A program made the position numbers and the translations under genes. Positions 19,676-30,442 of a stretch of 64,000 bases of DNA are shown in pieces. The notes below the pieces were generated by a model, which was not told the origin of the DNA, searched no databases, and saw nothing but the letters and a program-made list of their open reading frames with translations. Each line of letters begins with the position of its first letter. Within the stretch, counting starts at the first letter, position 1. This DNA comes from Bacteroidota bacterium (lineage in GTDB: Bacteria > Bacteroidota > Bacteroidia > Chitinophagales > JADIYW01), in contig JBDKHK010000152.1 in NCBI GenBank assembly GCA_039797705.1, positions 4,892-68,891 on the forward strand. Reading direction: 5' to 3'.

Positions 19676-20200
19676 TACGTCACCAGCGGCAAGGTGCTCC
19701 AAAAAATGCGTTACTTGTTTTATAGCCAATTGAGTGCGCTCCTCTTTCTGTCCTTCAATAACTCTATATCGTGCATTGCTGCTTATTAATTCATTATGAT
19801 AGATTTCATAAAGTTCCGCTCGTTTTTCAGGATGCTCTCTCAAATCATCTTTTTCCCATTCAATATCAGGCTTGCACAAAAGGAACAAATCTATTTTTTG
19901 CTGTTGAAGTGCTGTTGCAATAAGTGGGCTTACTTTGCTATATTTAAAGGCACTCCAAACCTTCATGACCAACATTTCTGTATCATAAAAACACAAAAAA
20001 TCATTACTGTGTTTTTGCCAGTTTTCTATTTGATTTTGAGCAATAATATCTAAATCGGCATACGTATAAAAACCTGCTGTATTTTGTAAAAAATCTCGAG
20101 CATATTCAGGCACCCATTTGCAATTAAAATGCCTGGACAACTCCTTTGCCAATGTAGTTTTTCCGGTAGATTCCGGGCCAGTAATCGCTATCCTGATCAT
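19673..20200 (-). CDS. NadR-type P-loop ATPase (ribosylnicotinamide kinase-like domain only)
   Basis: The ORF track gives 19673..20239. I prefer the Met at 20200 (MIRIAITGPESTGKTTLAKELSRHFNCKWVPEYARDF), which forms an ATGA overlap with the pnuC stop. Confidence 0.75.
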   Translation of the reverse strand: MIRIAITGPESTGKTTLAKELSRHFNCKWVPEYARDFLQNTAGFYTYADLDIIAQNQIENWQKHSNDFLCFYDTEMLVMKVWSAFKYSKVSPLIATALQQQKIDLFLLCKPDIEWEKDDLREHPEKRAELYEIYHNELISSNARYRVIEGQKEERTQLAIKQVTHFLEHLAAGDV

Positions 20201-20805
20201 GAAATTGCATTTTTTTGCTGACGGTATATTTTTCTCCAAACTAAAAATCCGTTAATAGCCATAATAGTATAAAATGTCATCAACAGGCTCGACATTTTTA
20301 AATCTCGAACAAAATATAAATAAATCATAAGGCTATCAATAACTATCCAATATATCCAATTTTCCAATACTTTTCTTGTTACCATATAAGTAGTTACCAA
20401 ACTAAAACAAGTAGCAAAAGCATCCAGATATGGATTGGCCTGATCGGTGTATTTATGAAATAAATATCCAACCAAAACACTTACCAGTGAAGTAAATATC
20501 AGCGTAAATAGATGCAAGGTTGCCGTCCAAGTATGTATATGCAAAATATCTTTTTCTTTATTCCAATTCAAATACCCAACAACGGCCATCACTATATAAA
20601 AAATTTGCAATAAAGCATCCAAATGTAATTTTGCTGTATAGCTAACATATACATAAGTAGCTGCATTGACAAGCGCAAAAAACCAGCAAATTTTTTTTTC
20701 TTTTATGGCAAAAACTAAATATAATATACCTGCAACTATTGCCTGAAATTCCCAATAAGTAGTGGCGCGCAATCCTTGTAGTAACTCATTTATCAAATTG
20801 TTCAT
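20197..20805 (-). CDS. pnuC: Nicotinamide riboside transporter PnuC
   Basis: 202 aa, seven or more hydrophobic helices, with W-rich PnuC-like segments (YWEFQAIVAGILYLVFAIKEKKICWFFALVN, NWIYWIVIDSL). It is coupled to a NadR-kinase-like gene. Confidence 0.8.
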   Translation of the reverse strand: MNNLINELLQGLRATTYWEFQAIVAGILYLVFAIKEKKICWFFALVNAATYVYVSYTAKLHLDALLQIFYIVMAVVGYLNWNKEKDILHIHTWTATLHLFTLIFTSLVSVLVGYLFHKYTDQANPYLDAFATCFSLVTTYMVTRKVLENWIYWIVIDSLMIYLYFVRDLKMSSLLMTFYTIMAINGFLVWRKIYRQQKNAIS

Positions 20806-20901
20806 TCCGCTATCAAGATAGGAATTTTTTTTATGGTATTTTTAAATGAACTGCCGTAAAATTTGAAAATAAAATACTTAAATTAGAGTACTTTTAGATA
20901 A

Positions 20902-21312
20902 ATGGAAAATATGCAAAAACCAAGCACACAAGCAGAAGCTTTGGTCTTTTATATCCAGAAAATGGACATAGAAATGATTGATCTTATTTTAGACAATGAC
21001 AAGACTTATCAAGACTTCCCAAAGCACCTTTTTGTAGAAAAACTGGAGGATGTTTTTGAACAATTTCAAAATAGTAAAGAAACAGAACTTATAGGATATG
21101 CCGGATTTTGCGATAGCAAAATCTGCCCCAATGCTTGTACTGGAGGATATGTATTTATTGGAAACAAATCCAAACAAAAAATATCACTTTTAATAGACGC
21201 ACAAGGTGGAAAAATTTTAGATGTTTTTGAGTGTAGTGAATTTGATATCTTTGACAAAAATATAGATTTATCAAAATACAACACCTTGTATATTGAAGAA
21301 GATATGTTTTAA
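20902..21312 (+). CDS. Hypothetical cytoplasmic protein, no family recognised
   Basis: 136-aa ORF with coding-like composition and a small Cys cluster (GFCDSKICPNACTGG ... FECSEF). I recognise no motif. Confidence 0.5.
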   Translation: MENMQKPSTQAEALVFYIQKMDIEMIDLILDNDKTYQDFPKHLFVEKLEDVFEQFQNSKETELIGYAGFCDSKICPNACTGGYVFIGNKSKQKISLLIDAQGGKILDVFECSEFDIFDKNIDLSKYNTLYIEEDMF

Positions 21313-21463
21313 ACTATTCAAATACAACACAAGCAGCTATTTATTTTTTATTATTTGCAGGAATATACCAATGCCAATTTATTAGAAAAAAACAGTAACC
21401 GCAGTAAATAAATAGCCACTTTCCAAACTATACATTTTCTACCGTTTTTTCTCTGCATTTTCG

Positions 21464-21471
21464 TATTTTTG
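21464..21471 (+). promoter_or_regulatory. Candidate -7 promoter box (TAttTTTG) upstream of rpoN
   Basis: Exact TAnnTTTG match 44 nt upstream of the ATG at 21515. Confidence 0.3.
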
Positions 21472-21514
21472 TAACTATATTCTATATTCTAAATATCATT
21501 TCTGAAATTCATTC

Positions 21515-22990
21515 ATGTTACATCAACGACTGACACAAAAAATGCTTCAAAAACTGTCTCCACAGCAGATACAGTTAATGAAATTATTACAAGTTCCTAC
21601 AGCAAATTTAGAACAACGTATAAAAGAAGAATTAGAAATAAACCCGGCACTGGAAGAAAACATGACAGACTTTGACAGCGACAAAGAAAATCTTTCAGAG
21701 CCAGAACAAATCCGCGATGAAGAGGAGGAGCCATACGACAACAATGACGATGATTACACCGACAGCCTTGATGTAGAAGCATACACCAAAGATGATTATG
21801 ATTATTCGGGAGATGGTGGAGAAGATTACAAAGGCAAAGAAGAAAAGAAAACAATACCGTTTGCCGTAGGCAAAAGTTTTCACGATTTTTTAGACGAACA
21901 ATTAAATTTATTAGACTTAAGCGAACAGGAATGGCTTATTGCCGACCAACTAATCGGCAGCATCGACGATGATGGATATTTAAGACGGGATTTAGATGCC
22001 ATTGTAGATGATTTGGCATTTCAACGAAATGTAACTACCACTGTCGAAGAGATAGAAGAAATATTACGCACAATTCACCGTTTCGACCCTCCGGGAGTAG
22101 GCGCTCGGAGCTTACAAGAATGTTTGCAAATACAATTAGAGCGCAAAGAACAAAATTCGAATGTAAAATTGGCACTCAAAATTATTCAATCTCAATTTGA
22201 AGCCTTTACTAAAAAGCATTATGACAAATTGATGAAATCATTGGACATTAATGAAGAACAACTAAAAAAAGCGTTGGACATTATTCTACACTTAAACCCA
22301 AAACCCGGAGGCGCCAGCGATACTACTTCCGTCAGTCATCAAACCATCATTCCCGATTTTACTGTTGAAAATAATAATGGAGCATTAGAAGTTTTATTAA
22401 ATGGGAAAAATGCTCCCGACTTGCGCATCAGCGATTCATTCAAAGAAATGTTGACTTCGTACGGAAAAGGAGCAATGAAAGATAAAAAACAAAAAGAAGC
22501 CGTAGTCTTTATCAAACAAAAAATGGATGCCGCGAAATGGTTTATTGATGCCATCAAACAACGCCAACACACCTTGTTTGTAACAATGGAAGCAATTGTT
22601 ATGTTTCAAAATAATTACTTTTTGACCGGCGATGAAATGAATTTACGTCCAATGATATTAAAAGACATTGCCGAAATTACTGGATTAGATATTTCGACAG
22701 TTTCACGGGTAGCGAACAGCAAATATTGCCAAACAGAATTTGGCGTTTTTTCATTAAAACATTTTTTCTCAGAAGGCTTACAAACCGAAAGTGGCGAAGA
22801 AGTATCCACTCGTGAAGTAAAGAAAATATTAGAAGAATTGATTTTAGCAGAAGATAAATCAAAACCACTTAGCGATGAATTTTTAACAGAACAATTAAAA
22901 CAAAAGGGATACAATATTGCCCGCAGAACAGTAGCCAAATACAGAGAGCAATTAAGCATTCCAGTGGCTCGACTTAGAAAAGAACTATAA
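21515..22990 (+). CDS. rpoN: RNA polymerase sigma-54 factor
   Basis: 491 aa. Starts MLHQRLTQKMLQKLSPQQIQLMKLLQ (region I), followed by an acidic linker. Contains PPGVGARSLQECL and the C-terminal RpoN box ARRTVAKYREQL. Confidence 0.95.
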   Translation: MLHQRLTQKMLQKLSPQQIQLMKLLQVPTANLEQRIKEELEINPALEENMTDFDSDKENLSEPEQIRDEEEEPYDNNDDDYTDSLDVEAYTKDDYDYSGDGGEDYKGKEEKKTIPFAVGKSFHDFLDEQLNLLDLSEQEWLIADQLIGSIDDDGYLRRDLDAIVDDLAFQRNVTTTVEEIEEILRTIHRFDPPGVGARSLQECLQIQLERKEQNSNVKLALKIIQSQFEAFTKKHYDKLMKSLDINEEQLKKALDIILHLNPKPGGASDTTSVSHQTIIPDFTVENNNGALEVLLNGKNAPDLRISDSFKEMLTSYGKGAMKDKKQKEAVVFIKQKMDAAKWFIDAIKQRQHTLFVTMEAIVMFQNNYFLTGDEMNLRPMILKDIAEITGLDISTVSRVANSKYCQTEFGVFSLKHFFSEGLQTESGEEVSTREVKKILEELILAEDKSKPLSDEFLTEQLKQKGYNIARRTVAKYREQLSIPVARLRKEL

Positions 22991-23026
22991 AAAAGATTAT
23001 TCCTTTTACACAAAATAAATTCTGCC

Positions 23027-23635
23027 GTGATAAAAATTCTTTCAAAAACACTCTCCTATCTTTTTCATCCATTGCTGATGGTTACATGGTTTGTATTAAT
23101 GTTATTATATACGAATCCATTTTCTTTTGCCGGAATGCCTATCGGCATAGTGATAGCAGTAATATTTATAAACACCTTCATGTTTCCTGCTATTTCCGTT
23201 CTTTTAATGAAAAAATTAGGTTTTATTCAAAACTTAGAAATGCCCGATCACAAGCAACGCATTATTCCATTAGTAGCCACTATTATTTTTTATGTTTGGG
23301 CATATTTGGCTATTAAGAAAATTAATTTCCCGTTAACGGTTCGAGTATTTATGCTTGGAACTTTAGCATCTTTGTTTATTGCATTTTTAATAAATGTTTT
23401 TTCAAAAATTAGCCTTCACATGGTAGGAATGGGTGGAATCTTTATGGGCACCTTGTTTTTGTCTCTTATATCACCTACAGATATCCGATATTTTTTCGTA
23501 GCCATCATCGTATTAACCGGTGCAATAGCATCTGCACGCCTCTATTTGGAAGCACACACCATGAAAGAAGTCTATACCGGATTATTAGTTGGGGTATTTG
23601 GTCAATTAATCGGGCTTATTTTATCCTTTTTCTAA
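23027..23635 (+). CDS. Polytopic membrane protein (weak PAP2-like C-terminal signature)
   Basis: 202 aa with a GTG start and six hydrophobic helices. SARLYLEAHTMKEV loosely resembles the PAP2 SRx5Hx3D motif. I do not consider the family call secure. Confidence 0.5.
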   Translation: MIKILSKTLSYLFHPLLMVTWFVLMLLYTNPFSFAGMPIGIVIAVIFINTFMFPAISVLLMKKLGFIQNLEMPDHKQRIIPLVATIIFYVWAYLAIKKINFPLTVRVFMLGTLASLFIAFLINVFSKISLHMVGMGGIFMGTLFLSLISPTDIRYFFVAIIVLTGAIASARLYLEAHTMKEVYTGLLVGVFGQLIGLILSFF

Positions 23636-23696
23636 ATCATATTTTGCAAATATTCACTATTCATCAAAACAGATTACTATTGAAGCTCATTTATTC

Positions 23697-25151
23697 TTGT
23701 ACCTTTACAACATCTACTTTAAGAAGAATTTGAAACACATACTTTGGGTATATTGTAGCTTATTGATACTTTGTGCACACGCACAAGAAAATACTACATT
23801 TTTAAAAATTAGAAACATCCAAATTTCTGGCAATAAAAAAACAAAAACATACATCATTTTAAGAGAAATGTTATTGCATGAAGACGACTCATTTCCTGCC
23901 ACAAAAATAGATGAAACCCTATTGCAGCAACGGATGAATATTTTTAACCTCGGACTGTTTAATGACGTTGCTATTAATATAAAAAACTGGGAAGAAGACA
24001 GTTTAGATCTTTTTATTCAAGTAAGAGAACGATGGATGATTATGCCAGTTCCAATAGTCAAATTTGTTGACCGTAACGTGGTAGAATGGTGGAAACAATA
24101 CAATCACAATTTCAAACGACTACAATACGGATTACAATTAAATTGGGGTAATTTGACAGGTAGAAATGATATGCTGCAAGTTGGCATCAGCTTTGGTTTT
24201 GCCCAACGATTGGATATTGGATATAACATCCCTATTATCCAAAGGAAAAAAGAACGATTAGGATTGTCTATTTACTATACCATGCTGCGAACAAAACGAA
24301 TTGCCTACAACACAGTAGATGACAAATTAGCCTACATGGATCTTGGTAAAACATGGCAAAATCAAAAAATAGAAATCTCCCCTCAAATATCTTATCGAAA
24401 ACGAATCCATACTACTCATTATTTCTCCATGGGTTATGGTTGGTCTATCATTAGTGATTCCGCTTATCGCGCCAATCCAAATTATTTTTTGGGCGATAGA
24501 AAACAACAATTCTTTAAAATAGGATATGACTACGTAGCAGACTTCAGAAACATCAGAGCCTACCCCACAGACGGATGGATGCTTTCGGTAAATTTTACCA
24601 ATTATGGATTAGGATTTTTAAAAACCAAAATGACAACGGCTGGATTTCAATTTAGCAAATACATACTATGGAAGAAACAACCTCGTTTTTCTGCCGCTGC
24701 TATGATAAAATGGCAGTTCTCCTGGCCCCGCAAACAACCTTATAATTTACAACCGATAAAATCATTGGGGTATTATGAAAATGCCATCAGAGGCTATGAA
24801 TTGAATGTAATGGACGGTCAACATTTCTTATTATTCAAAAATGAATACAGATGCAGATTATTTAGCTTTCAACTTAATAAAGTAAAAAAATTCAAAGGAA
24901 AAAATGCCGCCATTCTAAATTCATCTTTAGCATATTTGCCATTAAACCTATATTTAACGGCATTCTTCGACGCAGGATATGTGTGGGACAGATATTTTAC
25001 AGACAACAATCAATATAAAAACAAATGGCAATTTGGTTACGGTGTCGGACTCAACCTTGTGACGTTTAATTCAAAATTATTGCGCATTGAATATAGTTTT
25101 AACAGGTATTTGAAGAAAGGATTATATTTACATTTTGAACAACCAATATAG
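23697..25151 (+). CDS. Omp85/BamA-family outer membrane protein (short, single POTRA-like N-terminus)
   Basis: 484 aa with a TTG start and a signal peptide ending CAHAQ. Has a POTRA-like IQISGNKKTKTYIILREM and a C-terminal beta-barrel with aromatic-rich alternating strands. Confidence 0.75.
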   Translation: MYLYNIYFKKNLKHILWVYCSLLILCAHAQENTTFLKIRNIQISGNKKTKTYIILREMLLHEDDSFPATKIDETLLQQRMNIFNLGLFNDVAINIKNWEEDSLDLFIQVRERWMIMPVPIVKFVDRNVVEWWKQYNHNFKRLQYGLQLNWGNLTGRNDMLQVGISFGFAQRLDIGYNIPIIQRKKERLGLSIYYTMLRTKRIAYNTVDDKLAYMDLGKTWQNQKIEISPQISYRKRIHTTHYFSMGYGWSIISDSAYRANPNYFLGDRKQQFFKIGYDYVADFRNIRAYPTDGWMLSVNFTNYGLGFLKTKMTTAGFQFSKYILWKKQPRFSAAAMIKWQFSWPRKQPYNLQPIKSLGYYENAIRGYELNVMDGQHFLLFKNEYRCRLFSFQLNKVKKFKGKNAAILNSSLAYLPLNLYLTAFFDAGYVWDRYFTDNNQYKNKWQFGYGVGLNLVTFNSKLLRIEYSFNRYLKKGLYLHFEQPI

Positions 25152-25241
25152 AATTGAAAAAAATAACTAGTTATTAGATAATATTTTTTTTTGGGAGGAA
25201 TGAAACTATTCTCCAACAATAAATGACCAAGAGGATTATAT

Positions 25242-26120
25242 ATGACTATAGGAATTTATAGCAGGATTTTTAAAGAAGAGCATACACCGTATGTATTGGA
25301 ATTAATTACACAGTTAAATCAAAGAGAAATTCCTTTTTTTATATTCCAAGATTACTATAAAGTCATTCGCAAATATATTCCAAAACAACTCATCAATACT
25401 TTTAAAAACCATCTTGATGTAAAAAAACATCTCGATCTACTTATTACGGTAGGCGGTGATGGCACCTTGTTAGATACCTTACAACTGGTGCGTGACAGTG
25501 AAATTCCGGTAGCAGGTATCAATATGGGAAGGTTGGGTTTTTTAGCAGACATCCATAAAGAAGAAATCAAAAACCTGATAGAATCCATTGAACACAACAC
25601 CTTCACCATTGAAAACAGAACTTTAATTACAGTAGAAACCAACAAGCCTGTTTTTGGAGAAGTAAATTATGGATTAAATGAATTTACTATCCACAAAACA
25701 GACTCCTCGTCCATGATAGTAGTGCACGTCTATTTGAATGGTGAATTTCTAAATTCTTTCTGGGCAGACGGATTAATCGTAGCAACCCCAACAGGCTCTA
25801 CTGCCTATTCTTTAAGCTGTGGCGGCCCCATTGTGTTCCCCACCTCAGGCACTTTTGTTCTAACGCTGGTATCACCGCACAACCTCAATGCCCGTCCTAT
25901 TATTATTGCAGACGACACCATTCTATCCTTCGAAGTAGAATGTCGTTCTAATAATTTTTTATGCTCTATAGACTCTCGCTCTATCAGTATAGATAACACC
26001 ATACAATTAGCTGTACGCAAATCTAATTTTACATTTAAATTACTAAGAATGCCAGAAAGCTCTTACCTTCAAACCTTGCGCGAAAAACTAAATTGGGGGG
26101 AGGATTCTAGAAATAGCTAA
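25242..26120 (+). CDS. nadK: NAD kinase
   Basis: 292 aa. Motifs: LLITVGGDGTLL, NMGRLGFL and ATPTGSTAYSLSCGGPI. Confidence 0.93.
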   Translation: MTIGIYSRIFKEEHTPYVLELITQLNQREIPFFIFQDYYKVIRKYIPKQLINTFKNHLDVKKHLDLLITVGGDGTLLDTLQLVRDSEIPVAGINMGRLGFLADIHKEEIKNLIESIEHNTFTIENRTLITVETNKPVFGEVNYGLNEFTIHKTDSSSMIVVHVYLNGEFLNSFWADGLIVATPTGSTAYSLSCGGPIVFPTSGTFVLTLVSPHNLNARPIIIADDTILSFEVECRSNNFLCSIDSRSISIDNTIQLAVRKSNFTFKLLRMPESSYLQTLREKLNWGEDSRNS

Positions 26121-26174
26121 TGCATTCATATTCGTAAAAAATCGTACCTTGTACATCATAAATTATACATTCAA

Positions 26175-28070
26175 ATGTGTGGGATTGCCGGGGCTTATTC
26201 ATTTAACAATAAAATTATAGAACATCAATGGCTGCAAAATGCCGCCACTTCTTTAAACAAACGAGGGCCAGATAACCAACAATTTACTACTATTGGAAAT
26301 GCCGCTTTAATTCATGCACGACTTTCCGTTATTGATACTTCTACCGCTGCCAATCAACCTATTTATGATGCATCCGGCAGATATGCTATCGTTTTTAATG
26401 GAGAAATTTTTAACTATAAAAGCATTAAAGAAGAATTAGAACAAAAAGGGTTTCAATTTAAAACACAATCCGATACAGAGGTATTATTATATGCCTACAT
26501 TCAATTCGGTGAAGCATGCTTACACAAACTCAATGGTTTTTTTGCCTTTGCTATCTATGACAAAGATGAAGATAAGTTTTTCATCGCTTGCGATAGATTT
26601 GGCATTAAGCCACTTTATTATTTTAAAGATGAGAATTATTTTTTCTTCGGTTCTGAATTAAAAACATTACTTCAATTTCCAATAAGCAAAGAAATTAATT
26701 GGAGCGCAGTAAGTCTTTATTTTCAATTAAATTATATTCCTGGAAAAAAATCTATTTTCAAAAACATATATCGCTTAGAACCGGGATGCTACATCGAGGT
26801 GTACAACAAGCATTGCACGATAAGCAAATGGTACACCATCCCATACCAAGCAGTCCAAGCAGAGCATACCCAACTTTCTTATGATGCACAAAAAAAGAAA
26901 TTAGTAGAATTGATGGATGATGCCGTGCGCTTGCGCTTAATAGCAGATGTTCCGTTAGGAGCTTTTTTAAGTGGCGGAATTGATTCCTCGGTAATAACTG
27001 CCATGGCTTCTCGACACACCAAAAATTTAAATACCTTTTCCATCGGATTTGAAGGAAATGATTTTTTTGACGAAACTCCTTATGCGGATTTAGTTGCCAA
27101 ACATTTTAAAACCAACCATACCGTTTTTAAATTAAAAAATGATGATTTACTTCAAAGTTTGCAGGAATTATTAGACTATACGGACGAACCCTTTGCAGAT
27201 TCTTCAGCTTTATTGGTAAATATTTTATCAAAATTTACCCGACAAAAAGTAACCGTGGCATTAAGTGGTGATGGTGGCGACGAATTATTTGCAGGATACA
27301 ACAAACATTACGGTGAATGGCAAATGCGGAATGGAGGTTGGAAAGCCAATGCCATCCATACCTTGCAACCTTTGTGGAAGCAATTGCCAAAATCACGCAG
27401 TGGAAAATGGGGAAATAAATTTCGTCAATTAGAACGATTTGCCAATGGCATGGAGCTCTCTCCTGCAGAGCGTTGGTGGCGTTGGTGTTGCATCAATGAT
27501 TTGCAATATGTAAACTCACTTTTGCCAGAAAAGATAGATAACGCCTTAACTGAAATAGTAGAAACACGCCAACAATTTTCTTCCTTAGTATCCTTTGATG
27601 GCACTTTAAATGACCATTTATTAGCAGATGTAAACATGGTATTACCCTACGACATGCTTGTAAAAGTGGACAGAATGAGCATGCGCAATTCTTTGGAAGT
27701 ACGCACCCCTTTTTTAGATTACAGAGTGGTAGAATTTGCTTTCTCACTGCCTGTTTCTAGTAAAATAAACGGACAAATAAAAAAGAAAATCGTGCAAGAA
27801 TCTTTTAAAGATATGCTTCCTAAAGAATTATTCAACAGACCCAAAAGAGGATTCGAAGTACCCTTATTGCAATGGTTTAGAAAAGATTTAAAAGATAAAA
27901 TTTTTAATGATTGGCTGCAAGATGACTATATACGCCAACAAGGAATTTTTAATCTATCTATGATTCAACAACTCAAACAACGATTACTTTCGAATAACCC
28001 CGGAGATGTGCATGCACAAATTTGGGCATTAATTGTATTCCAAAATTTTTGGCGAAAATATATGGATTAA
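26175..28070 (+). CDS. asnB: Asparagine synthase (glutamine-hydrolysing) family amidotransferase
   Basis: 631 aa. Has the N-terminal MCGIAG Ntn nucleophile and the PP-loop FLSGGIDSS. It lies next to glycosyltransferase genes, so it may serve surface-polysaccharide amidation rather than Asn biosynthesis. Confidence 0.85.
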   Translation: MCGIAGAYSFNNKIIEHQWLQNAATSLNKRGPDNQQFTTIGNAALIHARLSVIDTSTAANQPIYDASGRYAIVFNGEIFNYKSIKEELEQKGFQFKTQSDTEVLLYAYIQFGEACLHKLNGFFAFAIYDKDEDKFFIACDRFGIKPLYYFKDENYFFFGSELKTLLQFPISKEINWSAVSLYFQLNYIPGKKSIFKNIYRLEPGCYIEVYNKHCTISKWYTIPYQAVQAEHTQLSYDAQKKKLVELMDDAVRLRLIADVPLGAFLSGGIDSSVITAMASRHTKNLNTFSIGFEGNDFFDETPYADLVAKHFKTNHTVFKLKNDDLLQSLQELLDYTDEPFADSSALLVNILSKFTRQKVTVALSGDGGDELFAGYNKHYGEWQMRNGGWKANAIHTLQPLWKQLPKSRSGKWGNKFRQLERFANGMELSPAERWWRWCCINDLQYVNSLLPEKIDNALTEIVETRQQFSSLVSFDGTLNDHLLADVNMVLPYDMLVKVDRMSMRNSLEVRTPFLDYRVVEFAFSLPVSSKINGQIKKKIVQESFKDMLPKELFNRPKRGFEVPLLQWFRKDLKDKIFNDWLQDDYIRQQGIFNLSMIQQLKQRLLSNNPGDVHAQIWALIVFQNFWRKYMD

Positions 28071-28129
28071 ACAGCTTCGAATAATCTTTATTTGCTTTTA
28101 CACGCTATAAAATTATCTTTGATAGAAAT

Positions 28130-29254
28130 ATGACAAAATCTTTAAACATAGGAATCGTAGCGAATACGGCCTTTAATATTTATAATTTTCGATTAGGTTT
28201 AATTAAATTTTTACAACAAGAAGGACATACAGTATGGGCAATTGCACCTGCAGATGATTATATTCCTTTGATTAAAAAAAACAACATACCATTTGTTGAA
28301 GTAAAGCATCTATCCAGAAAGGGCACCAACCCAATCTATGACCTGCAACTGTGCAATGAGTTTAGAAAAATTTATCATTCACTGCAATTGGATGTTGTAT
28401 TACAATACACCATAAAGCCTAATATATACGGCACTTTAGCTGCACGAATGGCTGGCACTAAAGCTATTTGTACCGTTACGGGATTGGGTTATACATTTTT
28501 AAATAAAAGTGTTGCCAGCACCATTGCACATCAATTATATAAAGTGGCTTTCAATTTTGCCGAAAAGGTATTATTTCAAAATGCCGATGATTTACAAATC
28601 TTCACTGAAAATAAATTAGTCAATAAGAAAAAAACCATGACCGTTCCTGGCTCAGGAATAGACACAAATAAATTCAACCCTACTTTCTGTACTTCGAAAA
28701 AAAAAGACAATATCACTCGGTTTTTGATGATTGGAAGACTATTGAACGACAAAGGAATTAATGAATATATTGCTGCTGCCCAAAAAATTTTAATCGAACA
28801 AAAAACAGCCGAATTTCATTTATTAGGCGATATAGACAACAACAATCCTGCGGCTATCCAAAAAGAAGAATTGGAAAAATGGATAACCGATGGCACCATC
28901 ACTTACCATGGATATACAAAAGATACCAGACCTTATATTTGCGAAGCTGATTGCATCGTATTGCCCTCCTATCGAGAAGGAATGCCGCGAGCTATACTAG
29001 AAGGTATGGCAATGAGCAAGCCTTGCATCACTACCGATGCGGCTGGTTGCAAAGATTCTATCGAAGATAATGTGAGCGGATTTTTGTGTCGGACAGCAGA
29101 TATTAATTCATTAAAAGAAAAGTTCGAATTATTTTTAGCTTTGGAAGAAAAGCAACGAATACAAATGGGAGAAAATGCCAGAAAACGTGCAACAACAATC
29201 TTTTCAGAAGATGCCGTATGCTTGATTTATAAAAATATCCTATTGAAATTGTAA
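28130..29254 (+). CDS. GT-B glycosyltransferase (family 4 / GT1-type)
   Basis: 374 aa with the EX7E region LPSYREGMPRAILEGMAMSKPCITTD. Confidence 0.85.
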   Translation: MTKSLNIGIVANTAFNIYNFRLGLIKFLQQEGHTVWAIAPADDYIPLIKKNNIPFVEVKHLSRKGTNPIYDLQLCNEFRKIYHSLQLDVVLQYTIKPNIYGTLAARMAGTKAICTVTGLGYTFLNKSVASTIAHQLYKVAFNFAEKVLFQNADDLQIFTENKLVNKKKTMTVPGSGIDTNKFNPTFCTSKKKDNITRFLMIGRLLNDKGINEYIAAAQKILIEQKTAEFHLLGDIDNNNPAAIQKEELEKWITDGTITYHGYTKDTRPYICEADCIVLPSYREGMPRAILEGMAMSKPCITTDAAGCKDSIEDNVSGFLCRTADINSLKEKFELFLALEEKQRIQMGENARKRATTIFSEDAVCLIYKNILLKL

Positions 29255-29302
29255 AAAAAATACTGCCGTTTAAATAAATGTTATTAACTTTGACTTAATA
29301 CT

Positions 29303-30433
29303 ATGTACAGTGACTATTTTAAATTAGCCTCTGCCTTGTTGACTTCATTTGTGTTGACATATATGTTCATACCTTCCATCATAAAGGTTGCTACTATTAA
29401 ACATTTATTTGATGCCCCTGGCAAAAGAAAATCACATACAATTGTTATTCCCACTTTGGGAGGAGTTGGTATTTTTGGCGGTTTTATGATTTCTTTCTGT
29501 TTGTTTGCCAACTTTAATATACGAACACACGAGATGAAATATATCTTAGCAGCACTGTGTTTTATGTTCATGTTAGGTGCCAAAGATGACATTGTGGAAT
29601 TAGTGGCTTCCAAAAAATTCATCGGTCAAATATTTGCAGCAAGTATTATTGTCATCTTGGGTGATGTTCGATTAACAAGTTTATACGGGCTTTTTGGAAT
29701 TTCTTATATCAATGATTTTTTCAGCATTGGCTTGTCTATGGTAACCATTATTTTTATCATCAATGCATTTAACATTATAGACGGCATTAATTTACTTGCT
29801 GGCAGTATTGCTATTTTAGTGTCTATTGTATTTGGTATTTGGTTCTATTATTATGGTTTTTTTGATTATGCTATTTTATCTATCGCAATGAGCGGAGCTA
29901 TATTAGCTTTTTTAAAATACAATTACACTCCTGCTAAAATATTCATGGGAGATTCAGGAAGTTTGTCCATTGGATTATTAGTAGCTGTATTAGCTATTCA
30001 ATTTATAGAAAAAAATGAAATAGTATTGCGTTCACACACAGATGGAATTATAACAGTAACAGCCGCTCCAGCAATTGCAATAGCCGTTTTAATCATTCCT
30101 ATATTTGACACTCTACGTGTTTTCATATTACGCATTTTCAATAAAAAATCACCGTTCATTGCAGACAGAAACCATATTCACCATCGTTTAATAGACTTAG
30201 GCTTATCTCATATTCAAGCAACAGCTGTATTGGTTGTAACAAATTTGGTATTTATTATAACGGCATATTCTTTACAATATTTAGGAAATCTATATCTAAT
30301 ATTAATTGAAATTGCCTTAAGCATACTGCTCACATTCATTCTTTTTTCTTTAAATGTAAAAAGGAATGGAAATTTCTCATTAGTCAATTCTAAAAAATCT
30401 TTAAAATTTCCAGCAGAAATTAATGCGAATTAA
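29303..30433 (+). CDS. MraY/WecA-family polyprenyl-phosphate N-acetylhexosamine-1-phosphate transferase
   Basis: 376 aa with ~10 TM helices. Motifs: GAKDD, NAFNIIDGINLLAG and FMGDSGSLSIG. Confidence 0.85.
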   Translation: MYSDYFKLASALLTSFVLTYMFIPSIIKVATIKHLFDAPGKRKSHTIVIPTLGGVGIFGGFMISFCLFANFNIRTHEMKYILAALCFMFMLGAKDDIVELVASKKFIGQIFAASIIVILGDVRLTSLYGLFGISYINDFFSIGLSMVTIIFIINAFNIIDGINLLAGSIAILVSIVFGIWFYYYGFFDYAILSIAMSGAILAFLKYNYTPAKIFMGDSGSLSIGLLVAVLAIQFIEKNEIVLRSHTDGIITVTAAPAIAIAVLIIPIFDTLRVFILRIFNKKSPFIADRNHIHHRLIDLGLSHIQATAVLVVTNLVFIITAYSLQYLGNLYLILIEIALSILLTFILFSLNVKRNGNFSLVNSKKSLKFPAEINAN

Positions 30434-30442
30434 ACCAATCGC

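Noticed and set aside
25162-25228. Perfect 14-nt palindrome aataactagttatt (25162-25175) and an 8-codon mini-ORF (ATG at 25200, MKLFSNNK) preceded by GGAGG, upstream of nadK
   Set aside because: The palindrome is entirely A/T-rich apart from its centre and too short to distinguish from chance in this composition. The GGAGG is only 1-2 nt from the mini-ORF ATG, which is poor spacing. I see no supporting evidence for a leader peptide.
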